Positions 45,478 through 55,526 of a stretch of DNA of 64,000 nt are shown one piece after another (within the stretch, counting starts at the first letter, position 1; each line of letters begins with the position of its first letter). Origin of the DNA: Bacteroidota bacterium. Lineage in GTDB: Bacteria > Bacteroidota > Ignavibacteria > UBA10030. Under the pieces are notes generated by a model. That model saw only the letters and a list, made by a program, of their open reading frames with translations, did no database searches and had not been told where the DNA came from. Position numbers and translations under genes: made by a program. Where the stretch lies: the NCBI GenBank assembly GCA_041695045.1, contig JBGFRR010000151.1, positions 7,245 through 71,244 of the forward strand. The letters are read 5' to 3'.

Positions 45478-46299
45478 ATGACATTTGCACAACTACTCCG
45501 GCGAACTCAAAAGGAAACGCGGTCTCTTCTCTGCATCGGACTCGACACCGACGCCGAATTGCTGCCGCATCATCTGCGCACGCATCCCAACGGTGTGCTC
45601 CACTTCAATCGAGAGATCATCGACGCCACGGCGTCGCTGGTGTGCGCCTACAAGCTGAATTTTGCCTTCTACGAAGCCTTAGGAGAATTCGGCTGGCATG
45701 TGCTGCGTGAGACGCTCGCCTACATTCCAAAACACATCCGCACGATCGGCGATGGCAAACGGGGGGATATTCAGAACACCGGCGAGCACTATGCCCGAGC
45801 GCTCTTCGATGACTTGGGCTTTGATGCCGCCACCGTCAATCCCTACATGGGACATGATGCCATTGAGCCGTTTCTGAAGCGACGGGGTCGTGGTGTCTTT
45901 CTCCTTGCGCTCACGTCGAATCCCGGCTCACACGATTTCCAACGCCTCCCCGTGCGAGGCAAACCGCTGTACGAACGCGTTGTGCAAACAGCGATGAGGT
46001 GGAGTAAAAAAGGAGGCATCGGATTCGTAGCCGGTGCAACGCACCCACGCGAGCTTCAGCGCATACGAACGCTTGCACCCAACGCGCCGCTGCTGATCCC
46101 CGGCGTCGGCACGCAGGGGGGCGACCTGCGGGATGCGGTGCGGTATGGATGCACAGCAAAAGGAGATTTAGCAGTCATCAACGTGAGCCGCAGCGTGCTG
46201 TATGCATCCAGCGGTCTGAACTTTGCCGACGCTGCGCGCGCGGAAGCGACAATGCTGTTCGAACACATCCGGGCACACCAAGAGGAATTTTTCGGCTGA
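45478..46299 (+). CDS. pyrF: orotidine 5'-phosphate decarboxylase (type 2)
   Basis: LCIGLDTD...YKLNFAFYEA...DGKRGDI.NT...TVNPYMG...LTSNPG is present. Confidence 0.85.
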   Translation: MTFAQLLRRTQKETRSLLCIGLDTDAELLPHHLRTHPNGVLHFNREIIDATASLVCAYKLNFAFYEALGEFGWHVLRETLAYIPKHIRTIGDGKRGDIQNTGEHYARALFDDLGFDAATVNPYMGHDAIEPFLKRRGRGVFLLALTSNPGSHDFQRLPVRGKPLYERVVQTAMRWSKKGGIGFVAGATHPRELQRIRTLAPNAPLLIPGVGTQGGDLRDAVRYGCTAKGDLAVINVSRSVLYASSGLNFADAARAEATMLFEHIRAHQEEFFG

Positions 46300-46343
46300 G
46301 GCCGTTCAGCCAGTCACTGTTCTCCTATTCACCTTCTTCTGCC

Positions 46344-47846
46344 ATGAAGCCTCGTTCAAACCGATTGCACGAGCGTTTTCTGCGGCACATCTGGTCGCAG
46401 CAGTACCTGCATCACACCGCGCTCAAGACCACAGACGGTCGTCCGGTGCGTGTGCTCGAGACGGGGACGCTCAACCTCGGCAGCGGGCCGGATTTCCTCA
46501 ACGCAAAAGTCAAGATCGACGGCATCACCTTCGTGGGCGATGTTGAAATTCATCGTGACGCGGCCGAGTGGATCCAGCACCGCCATCAAACCGATCCGGC
46601 CTACAACAAAGTGATACTCCACGTCGTGTTGGAAGGAGACCCCACGCGCTCTCCCACCACAGCACAGAGCGGGCGGTCGATTCCCGTCCTCGTGCTCAAC
46701 GCCTTCCTCTCCGAATCCATCCGCTCGATCTGGAACAAGACAATCCTCGATGAACGAGCGCGTCGGGCGGAACAGATCAAGTGTTTCGGACGGAACGACG
46801 GCGTGGAACCGGAGCTTCTTCGCAAATGGATCGATCACCTCGCGCTGGAACGGTTGGAGCTAAAGTTGCGACGGTTTGAGGAGCGACTCAAGCAGCTCGC
46901 GCAGGAACGCATTCTCTCCACACGAGAACCGTTCCGGCGGTACGGCGTGCGGTTCGAAGGAAAGCCGGAGGATATTCCCCCCGTGCTGAAGGAGCTAACG
47001 CAGAAAGACCTTGCCGACAAGTTGCCGTGGGAACAGATGCTGTACGAAGGCATCATGGAAGCGCTCGGCTACAGTAAGAACCAGGATGCGTTCTGTCGTG
47101 TGGCGGAGAATGCAACGCTCGACCGCATCAGGGAAGTTGAAGCGGAGAAGAACCCGACGATGGTCGAAGCGCTGCTGTTCGGCGTGGCGGGGCTGCTTCC
47201 GAAGATCCGCTCTCTGCGGCATAAAGACTCGCGTGCGTATGCGCGCACGTTGATTCGGACGTGGAATGAGATTCGCACGCGATATCGCGCGGAAGTGCTC
47301 CATGCTGGCGACTGGCATTTCTTCCCGACGCGACCGGTGAATATGCCCACGATACGGCTGGCCGCAGCCGCAGGCATCGTACAGAACATTCTCAACGATG
47401 ACTTCTTCCGCACAACCATTCGCGTCTTCAAGTCCTCCTCCGACGCGGCACGGATGCGCACGGAGCTTCATGCCCTCTTCGCGCTCGACCGCCATCCGTT
47501 CTGGTCCGTGCACTACCATTTCGACGAGCCGACGTCGCGTCCGATACGCCCGCTCGGGTCGACGCGCATCGATGAAATTGTCGTCAATGTGCTGATTCCG
47601 ATTGGCTTGCTCTACGCGAGGGTATTTAAGGACAAGGCGGTGCGGGATGGTGTGCTTCGACTCTACGGGTGGTATGCTGCGGGAAGCGACAACAGCATCA
47701 CACGGCTGATGGAGAAACAGTTGGTGCGGGGACGGATAAAGTTGAGCTCGATGAGCGCGCAGCAAGGCGTGATCCAACTTTACAAGTTCTATTGCACCGA
47801 GGAGCGTTGTGGTGAATGCGAGGTGGGAAAAGTTGTGTTTGGATGA
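46344..47846 (+). CDS. DUF2851 family protein
   Basis: ERFLRHIWSQQYL....LKTTDGRPVRVLETG.LN.GSGPDF..A.V.IDG....GDVEIH...S.W..H.H is typical of DUF2851. Confidence 0.75.
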   Translation: MKPRSNRLHERFLRHIWSQQYLHHTALKTTDGRPVRVLETGTLNLGSGPDFLNAKVKIDGITFVGDVEIHRDAAEWIQHRHQTDPAYNKVILHVVLEGDPTRSPTTAQSGRSIPVLVLNAFLSESIRSIWNKTILDERARRAEQIKCFGRNDGVEPELLRKWIDHLALERLELKLRRFEERLKQLAQERILSTREPFRRYGVRFEGKPEDIPPVLKELTQKDLADKLPWEQMLYEGIMEALGYSKNQDAFCRVAENATLDRIREVEAEKNPTMVEALLFGVAGLLPKIRSLRHKDSRAYARTLIRTWNEIRTRYRAEVLHAGDWHFFPTRPVNMPTIRLAAAAGIVQNILNDDFFRTTIRVFKSSSDAARMRTELHALFALDRHPFWSVHYHFDEPTSRPIRPLGSTRIDEIVVNVLIPIGLLYARVFKDKAVRDGVLRLYGWYAAGSDNSITRLMEKQLVRGRIKLSSMSAQQGVIQLYKFYCTEERCGECEVGKVVFG

Positions 47847-47855
47847 TGCGGCGGG

Positions 47856-48404
47856 TTACTTCCAGACTTCGCTTACCGGAAAGCGCAGTCCTTCCAGAAT
47901 CTTTGAGCGGACTTCCTCATCGCCCGCGAATGTGCCGAACAATTCAAACCCCGTCCGCGTCAACGTGTAGACTTCCACCACGCGCTTGTCCGGATCGGCC
48001 AGCCAGTATTCCTGCACGCCTTCCTGCGCGTAGCGTCGGAACTTGAAGCCGCGGTCGCGGTCTTCCGTCTTGGGCGAAAGCACCTCCACAATCAAGTCCG
48101 GCGCGCCGTTCACGCGTTGCTTCTCGATAATCGATAGCCGTTTCTTCGACACAAAGAGGAGGTCGGGTTGAACGACGGTCTCTTCGTCAAAGTACACATC
48201 GACTGGCGCCCCCCATGCCTTTCCCAGATCGTTGGTAACGATGTGCGTCGAGAGCAATCGTGAAAGATTCATGACGATGGTTTGATGTTCAAGAGACGGC
48301 GCGGGTGTCACGACGAGTTCTCCCTCGAAGATTTCGTAGCGGTTTCGGTCGTCGGGCGTCGACAAGAGATCCTGGTGAGAATATTTGACGGCAATTATGC
48401 TCAT
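47856..48404 (-). CDS. Uma2 family (DUF820) PD-(D/E)xK endonuclease, copy A
   Basis: RYEIFEGELVVTPAP...PDLLFV...NGAPDLIVEVLSP.T...D...K...Y...GV.EYW is present. The start is taken at MSIIAVKY. Confidence 0.75.
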   Translation of the reverse strand: MSIIAVKYSHQDLLSTPDDRNRYEIFEGELVVTPAPSLEHQTIVMNLSRLLSTHIVTNDLGKAWGAPVDVYFDEETVVQPDLLFVSKKRLSIIEKQRVNGAPDLIVEVLSPKTEDRDRGFKFRRYAQEGVQEYWLADPDKRVVEVYTLTRTGFELFGTFAGDEEVRSKILEGLRFPVSEVWK

Positions 48405-48421
48405 GGCAGCACCTGTCCGAT

Positions 48422-48970
48422 TCATCTCCAAACGTCGCTTACCGGAAAGCGCAATCCTTCCAGAATCTTTGAGCGGACTTCCTCATCGTCCGCGAATGTG
48501 CCGAACGATTCAAACCCCGTCCGCGTCAACGTGTAGACTTCCACCACGCGCTTGTCCGGATCGGCCAGCCAGTATTCCTGCACGCCTTCCTGCGCGTAGC
48601 GTCGGAACTTGAAGCCGCGGTCGCGGTCTTCCGTCTTGGGCGAAAGCACCTCCACAATCAAGTCTGGCGCGCCGTTCACTTTTTGCTTGTCGACAATCGT
48701 GAGCCGGTCCCTGGCGACAAAGAGCAGATCGGGCTCTACAACGGTCTCCTCATCAAAGTACACATCGCAGGGAGCGAGAAAAACTTTGCCCCGATCTCCT
48801 TTCCTGACATACTGCGAAATGATGAAATGGAGATTGCCCAGAGCTGTTTGGTGTACAACAGACGGCGCGGGTGTCACGACGAGTTCTCCCTCGAAAATTT
48901 CGTAGCGGTTCCGGTCGTCGGGCGTCGATAAGAGATCCTGGTAAGTATATTTAACGGCAATTGTGCTCAT
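48422..48970 (-). CDS. Uma2 family (DUF820) endonuclease, copy B
   Basis: Same architecture as copy A, 17-nt spacer to copy A, start at MSTIAVKY. Confidence 0.75.
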   Translation of the reverse strand: MSTIAVKYTYQDLLSTPDDRNRYEIFEGELVVTPAPSVVHQTALGNLHFIISQYVRKGDRGKVFLAPCDVYFDEETVVEPDLLFVARDRLTIVDKQKVNGAPDLIVEVLSPKTEDRDRGFKFRRYAQEGVQEYWLADPDKRVVEVYTLTRTGFESFGTFADDEEVRSKILEGLRFPVSDVWR

Positions 48971-48987
48971 GGCAGTACCTGTCCGAT

Positions 48988-49536
48988 TCATCTCCAAACG
49001 TCGCTTACCGGAAAGCGCAATCCTTCCAGAATCTTTGAGCGGACTTCCCCATCGTCCGCGAATGTGCCGAACAATTCAAACCCCGTCCGCGTCAACGTGT
49101 AGACTTCCACCACGCGCTTGTCCGGATCGGCCAGCCAGTATTCCTGCACGCCTTCCTGCGCGTAGCGTCGGAACTTGAAGCCGCGGTCGCGGTCTTCCGT
49201 CTTGGGCGAAAGCACCTCCACAATCAAGTCCGGCGCGCCGTTCACGCGTTGCTTCTCGATAATCGATAGCCGTTTCTTCGACACAAAGAGGAGGTCCGGC
49301 TCAACAACCGTTTCTTCGTCAAAGTACACATCAAACGGAGCAGAAAGGAGTTTCCCTAACTGATGTTGCTTGACATGACTCGCTAGAATGAGCAAGAGGT
49401 TTACAACAGCTGTTTGATGAGCTTCATTCGGTGAAGGCGTCACGATAAGTTCTGCCTCAAAGATCTCGTAACGGTTCCGGTCGTCTGGAGTCGTCAGCAA
49501 ATCCGGATAGATGTATTTCACAGATACTGTTGTCAT
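48988..49536 (-). CDS. Uma2 family (DUF820) endonuclease, copy C
   Basis: Same architecture, start at MTTVSVKY. The longer track ORF (to 49743) overlaps the upstream gene and is unlikely to be real. Confidence 0.75.
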   Translation of the reverse strand: MTTVSVKYIYPDLLTTPDDRNRYEIFEAELIVTPSPNEAHQTAVVNLLLILASHVKQHQLGKLLSAPFDVYFDEETVVEPDLLFVSKKRLSIIEKQRVNGAPDLIVEVLSPKTEDRDRGFKFRRYAQEGVQEYWLADPDKRVVEVYTLTRTGFELFGTFADDGEVRSKILEGLRFPVSDVWR

Positions 49537-49592
49537 CGCTTTCTCTGGTAAAACATAGCGTTTTAGGCTCTGTTTGTCAAGCGCACACCGTG

Positions 49593-50960
49593 TTAGGTTT
49601 TCTGTTGCTTCTTCTTTGCCGCCGGGAAGAGGATGTTGTTGAGGATGAGCCGATAACCGGGGGAGTTCTTGTGAAGCGTTAGGTCGGTGGGAGGCTCGCC
49701 CACAAGATGCGTATAGTCCTCCGGGTCGTGGCCGCCGTACCACGTAAACGTTCCGCGGCCGTAATTGCCATGAAGATATTTGACTTCCTCCGTTCCCTCA
49801 CGCTGAGCGAGAGTCACCACCGTCGGTTTGATGAGGCTTTTGCGGAACGCCGTCGTCTGACCCATGAAGCCCTTGACGATGTTCACGTGGTTCTGCGTGA
49901 GCATGGTCGGTACGGGGTCATACTTTGCAGAGAATTCGAACAGCGTGAAGTAATCCGTGTTCGGGTCGCGCATCGGCGGCGGGTCGCTCGGCGGGATGTC
50001 GATATCAGAGTACTCGTAGCGCAGGGGGTTTCGTTCGAGCGTGAAGTTCTCGAACGCGAGCGTTTTCGAAAAGTCGAGCCTCTGCTGCGCGTTGAGATCC
50101 GGAGGGTCGCCGTCAAACATGACGTCGCAGATGTCCACACCGTCTGCCGCCAGCGCAATGTCGTACGAGTCCGTGGCCGAACACATTGCGAACATGAAAC
50201 CGCCGTTGCCGATGAAGTCTTTGATCCCTCGTGCGACGGCCTTCTTCGCATCGGACACTTTTCTGAACCCCAACCGCCTCGCCTCCGCTTCGTACATCAA
50301 CTGCTGCTCGATGTACCACGGCGCATGGCGATAGTTCGAGTAGAACTTCCCGTACTGGCCGGTGAAATCTTCATGGTGAAGATGCAGCCAATCGAACTCC
50401 GAGAGCTTGCCCCACAGCACCTCTTCATCCCACACTTTCGTGTATGGAACTTCGGCGTACTCGAGCGCGAGCGTTACCGCATCATCCCACGGCTTGAAGG
50501 TGGGCGGAACGTACACGGCGATCTTTGGCGCTTTCTCCAGGCGGACGACGTCCATGTTGTTTGCTTCGCTTTGGATCTCCGCATAGATTACCGCTGCCTC
50601 GGAACCGCTCAGCGGCTCAAATAACACACCGCGGATGCGGCACTCCCGCGCGACCACGTCGCTGTAGTCCGTCATGAATGAGCCGCCACGATAATTGAGC
50701 AGCCAGTCAACTTCCCCGTTCCGCTCCAACACCCAGAACGTCACGCCGTACGCTTTGAGGTGGTCGGTCTGCCGCAGGTCCATGGGAATGAGAAGCTTCG
50801 ACTGAGCGGCAACGAAGCAAGTAGTAAGTACTAAGTAGGAAGTAGTAAGTAGTAAGAAAAAAGTAGGAAAAGTGGCGGAAGAGAGAATGCCCACCATGCG
50901 CTTTATGGGTCCTCGTTGCTTGCGACGTACGACTGGATACTTTCTACTCAGATACTTCAT
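49593..50960 (-). CDS. secreted class I glutamine-amidotransferase-like (DJ-1/ThuA-like) protein, function unknown
   Basis: N-terminal TM/signal segment. GGFMFAMCSATDSYD resembles a nucleophile elbow. Homologues of this conserved FCB protein are often mislabelled asparagine synthetase B. Confidence 0.5.
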   Translation of the reverse strand: MKYLSRKYPVVRRKQRGPIKRMVGILSSATFPTFFLLLTTSYLVLTTCFVAAQSKLLIPMDLRQTDHLKAYGVTFWVLERNGEVDWLLNYRGGSFMTDYSDVVARECRIRGVLFEPLSGSEAAVIYAEIQSEANNMDVVRLEKAPKIAVYVPPTFKPWDDAVTLALEYAEVPYTKVWDEEVLWGKLSEFDWLHLHHEDFTGQYGKFYSNYRHAPWYIEQQLMYEAEARRLGFRKVSDAKKAVARGIKDFIGNGGFMFAMCSATDSYDIALAADGVDICDVMFDGDPPDLNAQQRLDFSKTLAFENFTLERNPLRYEYSDIDIPPSDPPPMRDPNTDYFTLFEFSAKYDPVPTMLTQNHVNIVKGFMGQTTAFRKSLIKPTVVTLAQREGTEEVKYLHGNYGRGTFTWYGGHDPEDYTHLVGEPPTDLTLHKNSPGYRLILNNILFPAAKKKQQKT

Positions 50961-52849
50961 ATCGCATCTCCTCGAAGCATTCGAATCCGCTTCCGCGCTT
51001 CCTCGGTATACAGCGAGTGGGGGTACTCCGTGAGGATGCGTTCATAGGCTTCAATGGCTAATGGAGTGTTGTTAAGGACCGTTTCGTACACCTCGCCGAT
51101 CCGGAACTGTGCCCGGTCGCGAACGATGCTTGTCGGCAGATCATTGGCAATTTTCGTGAACGCCGCTAATGCTTTGTCGGAGTCGTTGAGGATGAGATGG
51201 ATCTCAGCAATCTTCATGAGCGCGTCGTCGTACAGAAGGGCGTAGAAGTATTGCTGTGCGATCGACTCAAACCGCGCTAGCGCTTCGGAGTGTTTCTTCT
51301 GGCGCATCAGCAAATCGGCTTTCGCAAACTCGATAAGAGCGGAAGGAGCCAAGTTTTTGTTTTCGTTAATGAAATACTGCAGCACCAGGGCGTCGTTCGC
51401 GAGGTCGGTGCTCAGATTCGCCGTCAACCCTTGCATGCGATTGAGGGCTTCATCGAAGTTCCCCTCAAAATAATCAAGCTCGGCGAGGCGAAACAGCGCG
51501 CGGTCGCGAAAATCCCCCATCGGCGCCGGCAACAGCTTCTCATACTCCTGCCGCGATCCTGCAAGGTTATTGCGCATCGTATGGACTTCTGCAATCTGCA
51601 TCGTCGCTTCGAAGTGAAGGTTGGGCGTCGTAGCCGACTGCCGTGTGCGCTCGAACGCTGCCAGCGCTCCGTCTAAATCGAACAGTCGCTCACGCCGAAT
51701 CACCCCAATGCGAAATGACGCTTGCGCAGCAAAGTCGGTCCCGGCATAGCGGTCAAGAATATCCTCGTACAGTGCCAGCGCGGCATCGATCGTTGCACGG
51801 GTTTCTGCACCACCCCGCCGTGCGGGGCGTCGGGCGGGGGGCGATATCGTGTCCGCGTGCTGGCTGAGTTCTTCGGTTGCGCGAGCAAGACCGAGCAGGG
51901 CGTAGGGCATGCGGTCGCGGTCGGGATGCTGCTCGATCAACTCTCGAAACGCCACTGCCGCGGCGTCGTAGGCTTGTTCCTGCAGTGCACGCTGCGCAAA
52001 ACTGAACAGCTCTCTCCCGTTCGCTTTCGCCTGCCGGTCGAAGATGCGATACTCCTCGAGTGCCGCACGGAAGTCCTTTCGCTCCATATGAATCCACGCT
52101 AACAGTGTTCGGAGGGCGGGATTGGCCGGATCCTTCGCGACGTGGTCGCGCACAACATCCAGCGCTTGCTTGATGCCTTCCTCACGCGCAGAAAACGATC
52201 CGATCCGTCCTTGCACGTACGCTAACTGGGCCGGATTGGCTTTGAGCAACCGCATGAACTCCTGCGTTGCCAGAGCGTACTGCTGGAAGCTGCTATACAA
52301 CCACGCTAACTCTTCAGCGAACGCGCGCTGGTCTCCCGTCGCGTCTCTTGACCTCTTGTACAGCGCGATCGCCTGATCATACAGACGATGCTCAATCATC
52401 TGGGAAGCAACGAGGCGGTAGACGTTGACATTCCTGGAGTCGGCGGCGATAACGTTGTGCCAGAGCTCATTGGCACGAGCGCTGTCGCCCGATTGATAGT
52501 ACAAACTGCCGAGCATGGCCTGCAGTACCGGGTCGCCGGGATGGCTTTGCATCCTCCGTTCGACAAGCTCAACAGCTTTGTCGTACATCTTCAGGTACGT
52601 GTACGTTCGACGAAGGCCGTCGAAGAAGACATAGTTCTGCGGGTCGGAGCGATGCAGCGACTCGTAGAGCGGAAGCGCGCGTTCCCACTCGCCCGACTGC
52701 TCAAAGCCCTGCGCGAGCCGGAACTGAATGTTGAGGTCGGGCTGCTGCGCTTGCAAGAGCGTGATGCTAAGAAGCAGGAACGCTGGAATGAACCTACGTG
52801 CGCGGCGATGTGTGATGACCAGAAACATGACAATCGTAATATAGAACAT
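50957..52849 (-). CDS. TPR repeat protein
   Basis: Start taken at MFYITIVMFLVITHRR (TM/signal) to avoid overlapping dxr. TPR-like A..Y..(L/A)...P repeats run throughout. ATGA overlap with the downstream gene. Confidence 0.75.
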   Translation of the reverse strand: MFYITIVMFLVITHRRARRFIPAFLLLSITLLQAQQPDLNIQFRLAQGFEQSGEWERALPLYESLHRSDPQNYVFFDGLRRTYTYLKMYDKAVELVERRMQSHPGDPVLQAMLGSLYYQSGDSARANELWHNVIAADSRNVNVYRLVASQMIEHRLYDQAIALYKRSRDATGDQRAFAEELAWLYSSFQQYALATQEFMRLLKANPAQLAYVQGRIGSFSAREEGIKQALDVVRDHVAKDPANPALRTLLAWIHMERKDFRAALEEYRIFDRQAKANGRELFSFAQRALQEQAYDAAAVAFRELIEQHPDRDRMPYALLGLARATEELSQHADTISPPARRPARRGGAETRATIDAALALYEDILDRYAGTDFAAQASFRIGVIRRERLFDLDGALAAFERTRQSATTPNLHFEATMQIAEVHTMRNNLAGSRQEYEKLLPAPMGDFRDRALFRLAELDYFEGNFDEALNRMQGLTANLSTDLANDALVLQYFINENKNLAPSALIEFAKADLLMRQKKHSEALARFESIAQQYFYALLYDDALMKIAEIHLILNDSDKALAAFTKIANDLPTSIVRDRAQFRIGEVYETVLNNTPLAIEAYERILTEYPHSLYTEEARKRIRMLRGDAI

Positions 52850-52930
52850 TAAACAGGAGGCTGCAACCGGGTTTTCGTATATGCTTACCTTGACTTGCCC
52901 CGCAGTTTTGCTTACCTTGACGTTGCATTT

Positions 52931-54085
52931 ATGCCATCGAATGTGAAGCAGATAGCTATCCTCGGCTCGACCGGCTCGATCGGGCAGAGTAGCCTTGAGG
53001 TCATTCGCAACAACCGCGACCGCTTTGTTGTCCGTTACCTCACCGCAAACAAGAACATCGACCTGCTTCGTCGTCAAGCGGAGGAGTTTCGCCCGCGCGG
53101 CGTTGTGGTGTTGGATGTCGCACATGCCACAGGATTGAGCAAATCTCTTGGTAACGGTGTAGAGGTTTTGTTCGGCGAGCGTGGCTTGTTAGAGATCGTC
53201 CGCCGCGACGATGTGGACATTGTCATCAGCTCGCTGGTGGGATTTGCGGGATTACAGCCGACCGTCGAAGCCATCAAGCGCGGCAAAACGATTGCGCTGG
53301 CAAATAAGGAAACGCTGGTGGTTGCCGGCGGGTTGATGAAGCAGCTTCTACGCGAGCATCGGGCGACGTTGGTTCCCGTAGACAGCGAGCACAGCGCTAT
53401 TTTGCAGTGTCTTGCCGGCGAGAATCCGGCAGACATCGCACGGTTGATTCTCACCGCGTCCGGCGGGCCGTTCCTGAACACACCGGCGGAACAATTCTCC
53501 ACCATCAGCGTCCATCAGGCGCTGCGGCACCCGAATTGGAAGATGGGGAAAAAGATCACCATCGATTCTGCCACGCTGATGAACAAAGGCTTAGAAGTAA
53601 TCGAAGCGCACTGGCTGTTCGACCTTCCGCCAGAACGGATCGAAGTCGTCATCCACCCCCAATCGATTATCCACTCGATGGTCGAGTTTATCGACGGGTC
53701 CATCAAAGCGCAGTTGGGATTGCCCGACATGAAACTGCCGATTCAGTACGCATTGACGTATCCAGCCCGCTCGGCAATGAACGGCGCTCGTCTCGACTTT
53801 GCCGCTCTGCAATCGATGACGTTTCTGAAGCCGGACCGCGAGAAATTCCGCTGCCTGCAATTGGCATACGATGCGCTGGAAGCGGGCGGCACCGCGACCG
53901 CCGTACTGAACGCCGCGAACGAAGTGGCCGTGCATGCGTTCCTCAACGGCAGCATTTCCTTCAACCGCATTCCTGACCTGATCGACCGCGCGCTCGCACA
54001 GCACAGCGTCCGCGAGAATGCCGAGCTCGAAGAGATCGTTGAGGTCGACGCGGCAACACGGTCGTTCGTTCAATCCTTGTGTTAG
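52931..54085 (+). CDS. dxr: 1-deoxy-D-xylulose 5-phosphate reductoisomerase
   Basis: IAILGSTGSIG, LANKE, VDSEHSA, SGGPF, HPNW.MG.KITIDSAT..NKGLE.IEA are present. Confidence 0.9.
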   Translation: MPSNVKQIAILGSTGSIGQSSLEVIRNNRDRFVVRYLTANKNIDLLRRQAEEFRPRGVVVLDVAHATGLSKSLGNGVEVLFGERGLLEIVRRDDVDIVISSLVGFAGLQPTVEAIKRGKTIALANKETLVVAGGLMKQLLREHRATLVPVDSEHSAILQCLAGENPADIARLILTASGGPFLNTPAEQFSTISVHQALRHPNWKMGKKITIDSATLMNKGLEVIEAHWLFDLPPERIEVVIHPQSIIHSMVEFIDGSIKAQLGLPDMKLPIQYALTYPARSAMNGARLDFAALQSMTFLKPDREKFRCLQLAYDALEAGGTATAVLNAANEVAVHAFLNGSISFNRIPDLIDRALAQHSVRENAELEEIVEVDAATRSFVQSLC

Positions 54086-54121
54086 TCCAACCATCTTGTC
54101 AACAAGAGGATCACTCATCAT

Positions 54122-55435
54122 ATGGATGTCCTGAGCACAATTTTCTACTTCATCATCACCATCGGTATTCTGGTGTTCATTCACGAATTAGGACACTTTC
54201 TTGCCGCGAAGCTCTTCGGCATGCGCGTAGAACGATTCAGCATAGGGTTTCCACCGCGTGCGTTCGGCAAGAAGGTCGGCGAGACGGACTATTGTATCTC
54301 GTGGATTCCCATCGGCGGATACGTGAAGATTGCCGGCATGATTGACGAGAGCATGGATACCGATTTTCTCGGTAGGCCGCCGGAGCCATGGGAGTTTCGT
54401 GCAAAGCCCCTCTGGCAGCGGATGATTGTCATTTCCGCAGGCGTTGCCATGAATATCCTTCTTGCCGTGGCCATCTTTTGGGGAATTATCTATTATCAGG
54501 GCAAAGAAGTCCGCCCCATGACACCCATCGGCTACGTCGTGCCCGAAAGCCCTGCGGCAATTGCCGGGTTACAGCCGGGTGATACAATTGTTTCCATCAA
54601 CGGCAAACCGGTGCAGTACTGGGAGGATGTCGACCTCCTCATTTATATAGAGACGCTTGGCAACGATCTCACCTTTACCGTTGAGCGGGAGAACGAGCTG
54701 GTGTCGCTCACTCTTCTGCGTGCGCAGCTTCCTGATGCGATGGATGAGCGGTTTGGCATTGCGCCTGCAGGCCTTCATGCCATCATCAAAGGCGTTGAAG
54801 AAGGGAAACCCGCTGCACAGCTTGGACTTCAGCCCGGCGACGTCATTCTGCGGGTCAACAGTGAGGAGATTGATTACTACCGGTTGCCCTCAACCGTGGC
54901 ACAGTTCGCCGGCAAAGAGATCACGTTGCAGTGGGAGCGCAATGGCCGGCTACTTGAAGGACGGGTCATTCCAACCGAGGGAGGACGCATAGGGATAGTG
55001 CTCGACGTTACGTACCGCGGTCCCGTCGAACGCATTACCTATTCATTCTTCGGCGCGTTACCGGCGGGACTGAATGAAGTTCGCGAGATGACGATGCTCA
55101 TCTTCAAGAATATCTATCAGATGATCGTTGGACAAGTCTCGTTCTCCAAGTCCGTTGGCGGCCCGATTCGTATTGCACAATTTGCAACACGCTCTGCCGA
55201 AGTGGGGTTTGTGAGTTTTCTTGGATTTATGGCACTGCTGAGCATCAGTCTCGCGCTCATCAATGTGCTCCCCTTCCCCGCTCTTGATGGCGGACACCTT
55301 GTATTTCTTCTGTATGAAGCGGTTTTCCGGCGCGAGATTCCTCAACGCGTGCGATTAGCCTTGCAGCAAGCGGGTTTCTTCCTCTTGCTTGTGCTTATGG
55401 CTTTCGTTTTGTATAATGATATCGTGCATTTCTAA
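54122..55435 (+). CDS. rseP: RIP metalloprotease RseP (site-2 protease, M50)
   Basis: The HELGHF zinc motif, PDZ segments (GLQPGD twice) and NVLPFPALDGGH are present. Confidence 0.85.
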   Translation: MDVLSTIFYFIITIGILVFIHELGHFLAAKLFGMRVERFSIGFPPRAFGKKVGETDYCISWIPIGGYVKIAGMIDESMDTDFLGRPPEPWEFRAKPLWQRMIVISAGVAMNILLAVAIFWGIIYYQGKEVRPMTPIGYVVPESPAAIAGLQPGDTIVSINGKPVQYWEDVDLLIYIETLGNDLTFTVERENELVSLTLLRAQLPDAMDERFGIAPAGLHAIIKGVEEGKPAAQLGLQPGDVILRVNSEEIDYYRLPSTVAQFAGKEITLQWERNGRLLEGRVIPTEGGRIGIVLDVTYRGPVERITYSFFGALPAGLNEVREMTMLIFKNIYQMIVGQVSFSKSVGGPIRIAQFATRSAEVGFVSFLGFMALLSISLALINVLPFPALDGGHLVFLLYEAVFRREIPQRVRLALQQAGFFLLLVLMAFVLYNDIVHF

Positions 55436-55526
55436 CGACCTGTTGGCGTGACAGTTATCACCAACCGAGAACTTAGCCTCCCGTAGATTGATTCAGACTC
55501 AATCACTTAGGAAGGAGTTTCCCACC

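Larger units (their letters stand above)
47856..49553. repeat. three-copy tandem repeat, 566-bp period
   Basis: ORF ends fall at 47856/48422/48988 and ATGs at 48404/48970/49536, all exactly 566 bp apart. The 3' halves are near-identical at the nucleotide level and the central segments are divergent. Confidence 0.85.

Noticed and set aside
47816-49178. Three repeated 71-76-aa plus-strand ORFs (47816-48046, 48385-48612, 48963-49178) with near-identical sequences
   Set aside because: They are antisense images of the conserved 3' halves of the three Uma2 genes. Their repetition follows from the tandem repeat and is not independent coding evidence.
47856-49553. Diversity-generating retroelement acting on the Uma2 variable segment
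   Set aside because: There is no reverse transcriptase or template repeat in the window. The differences between copies are not restricted to adenine-templated positions and include many replacement blocks.
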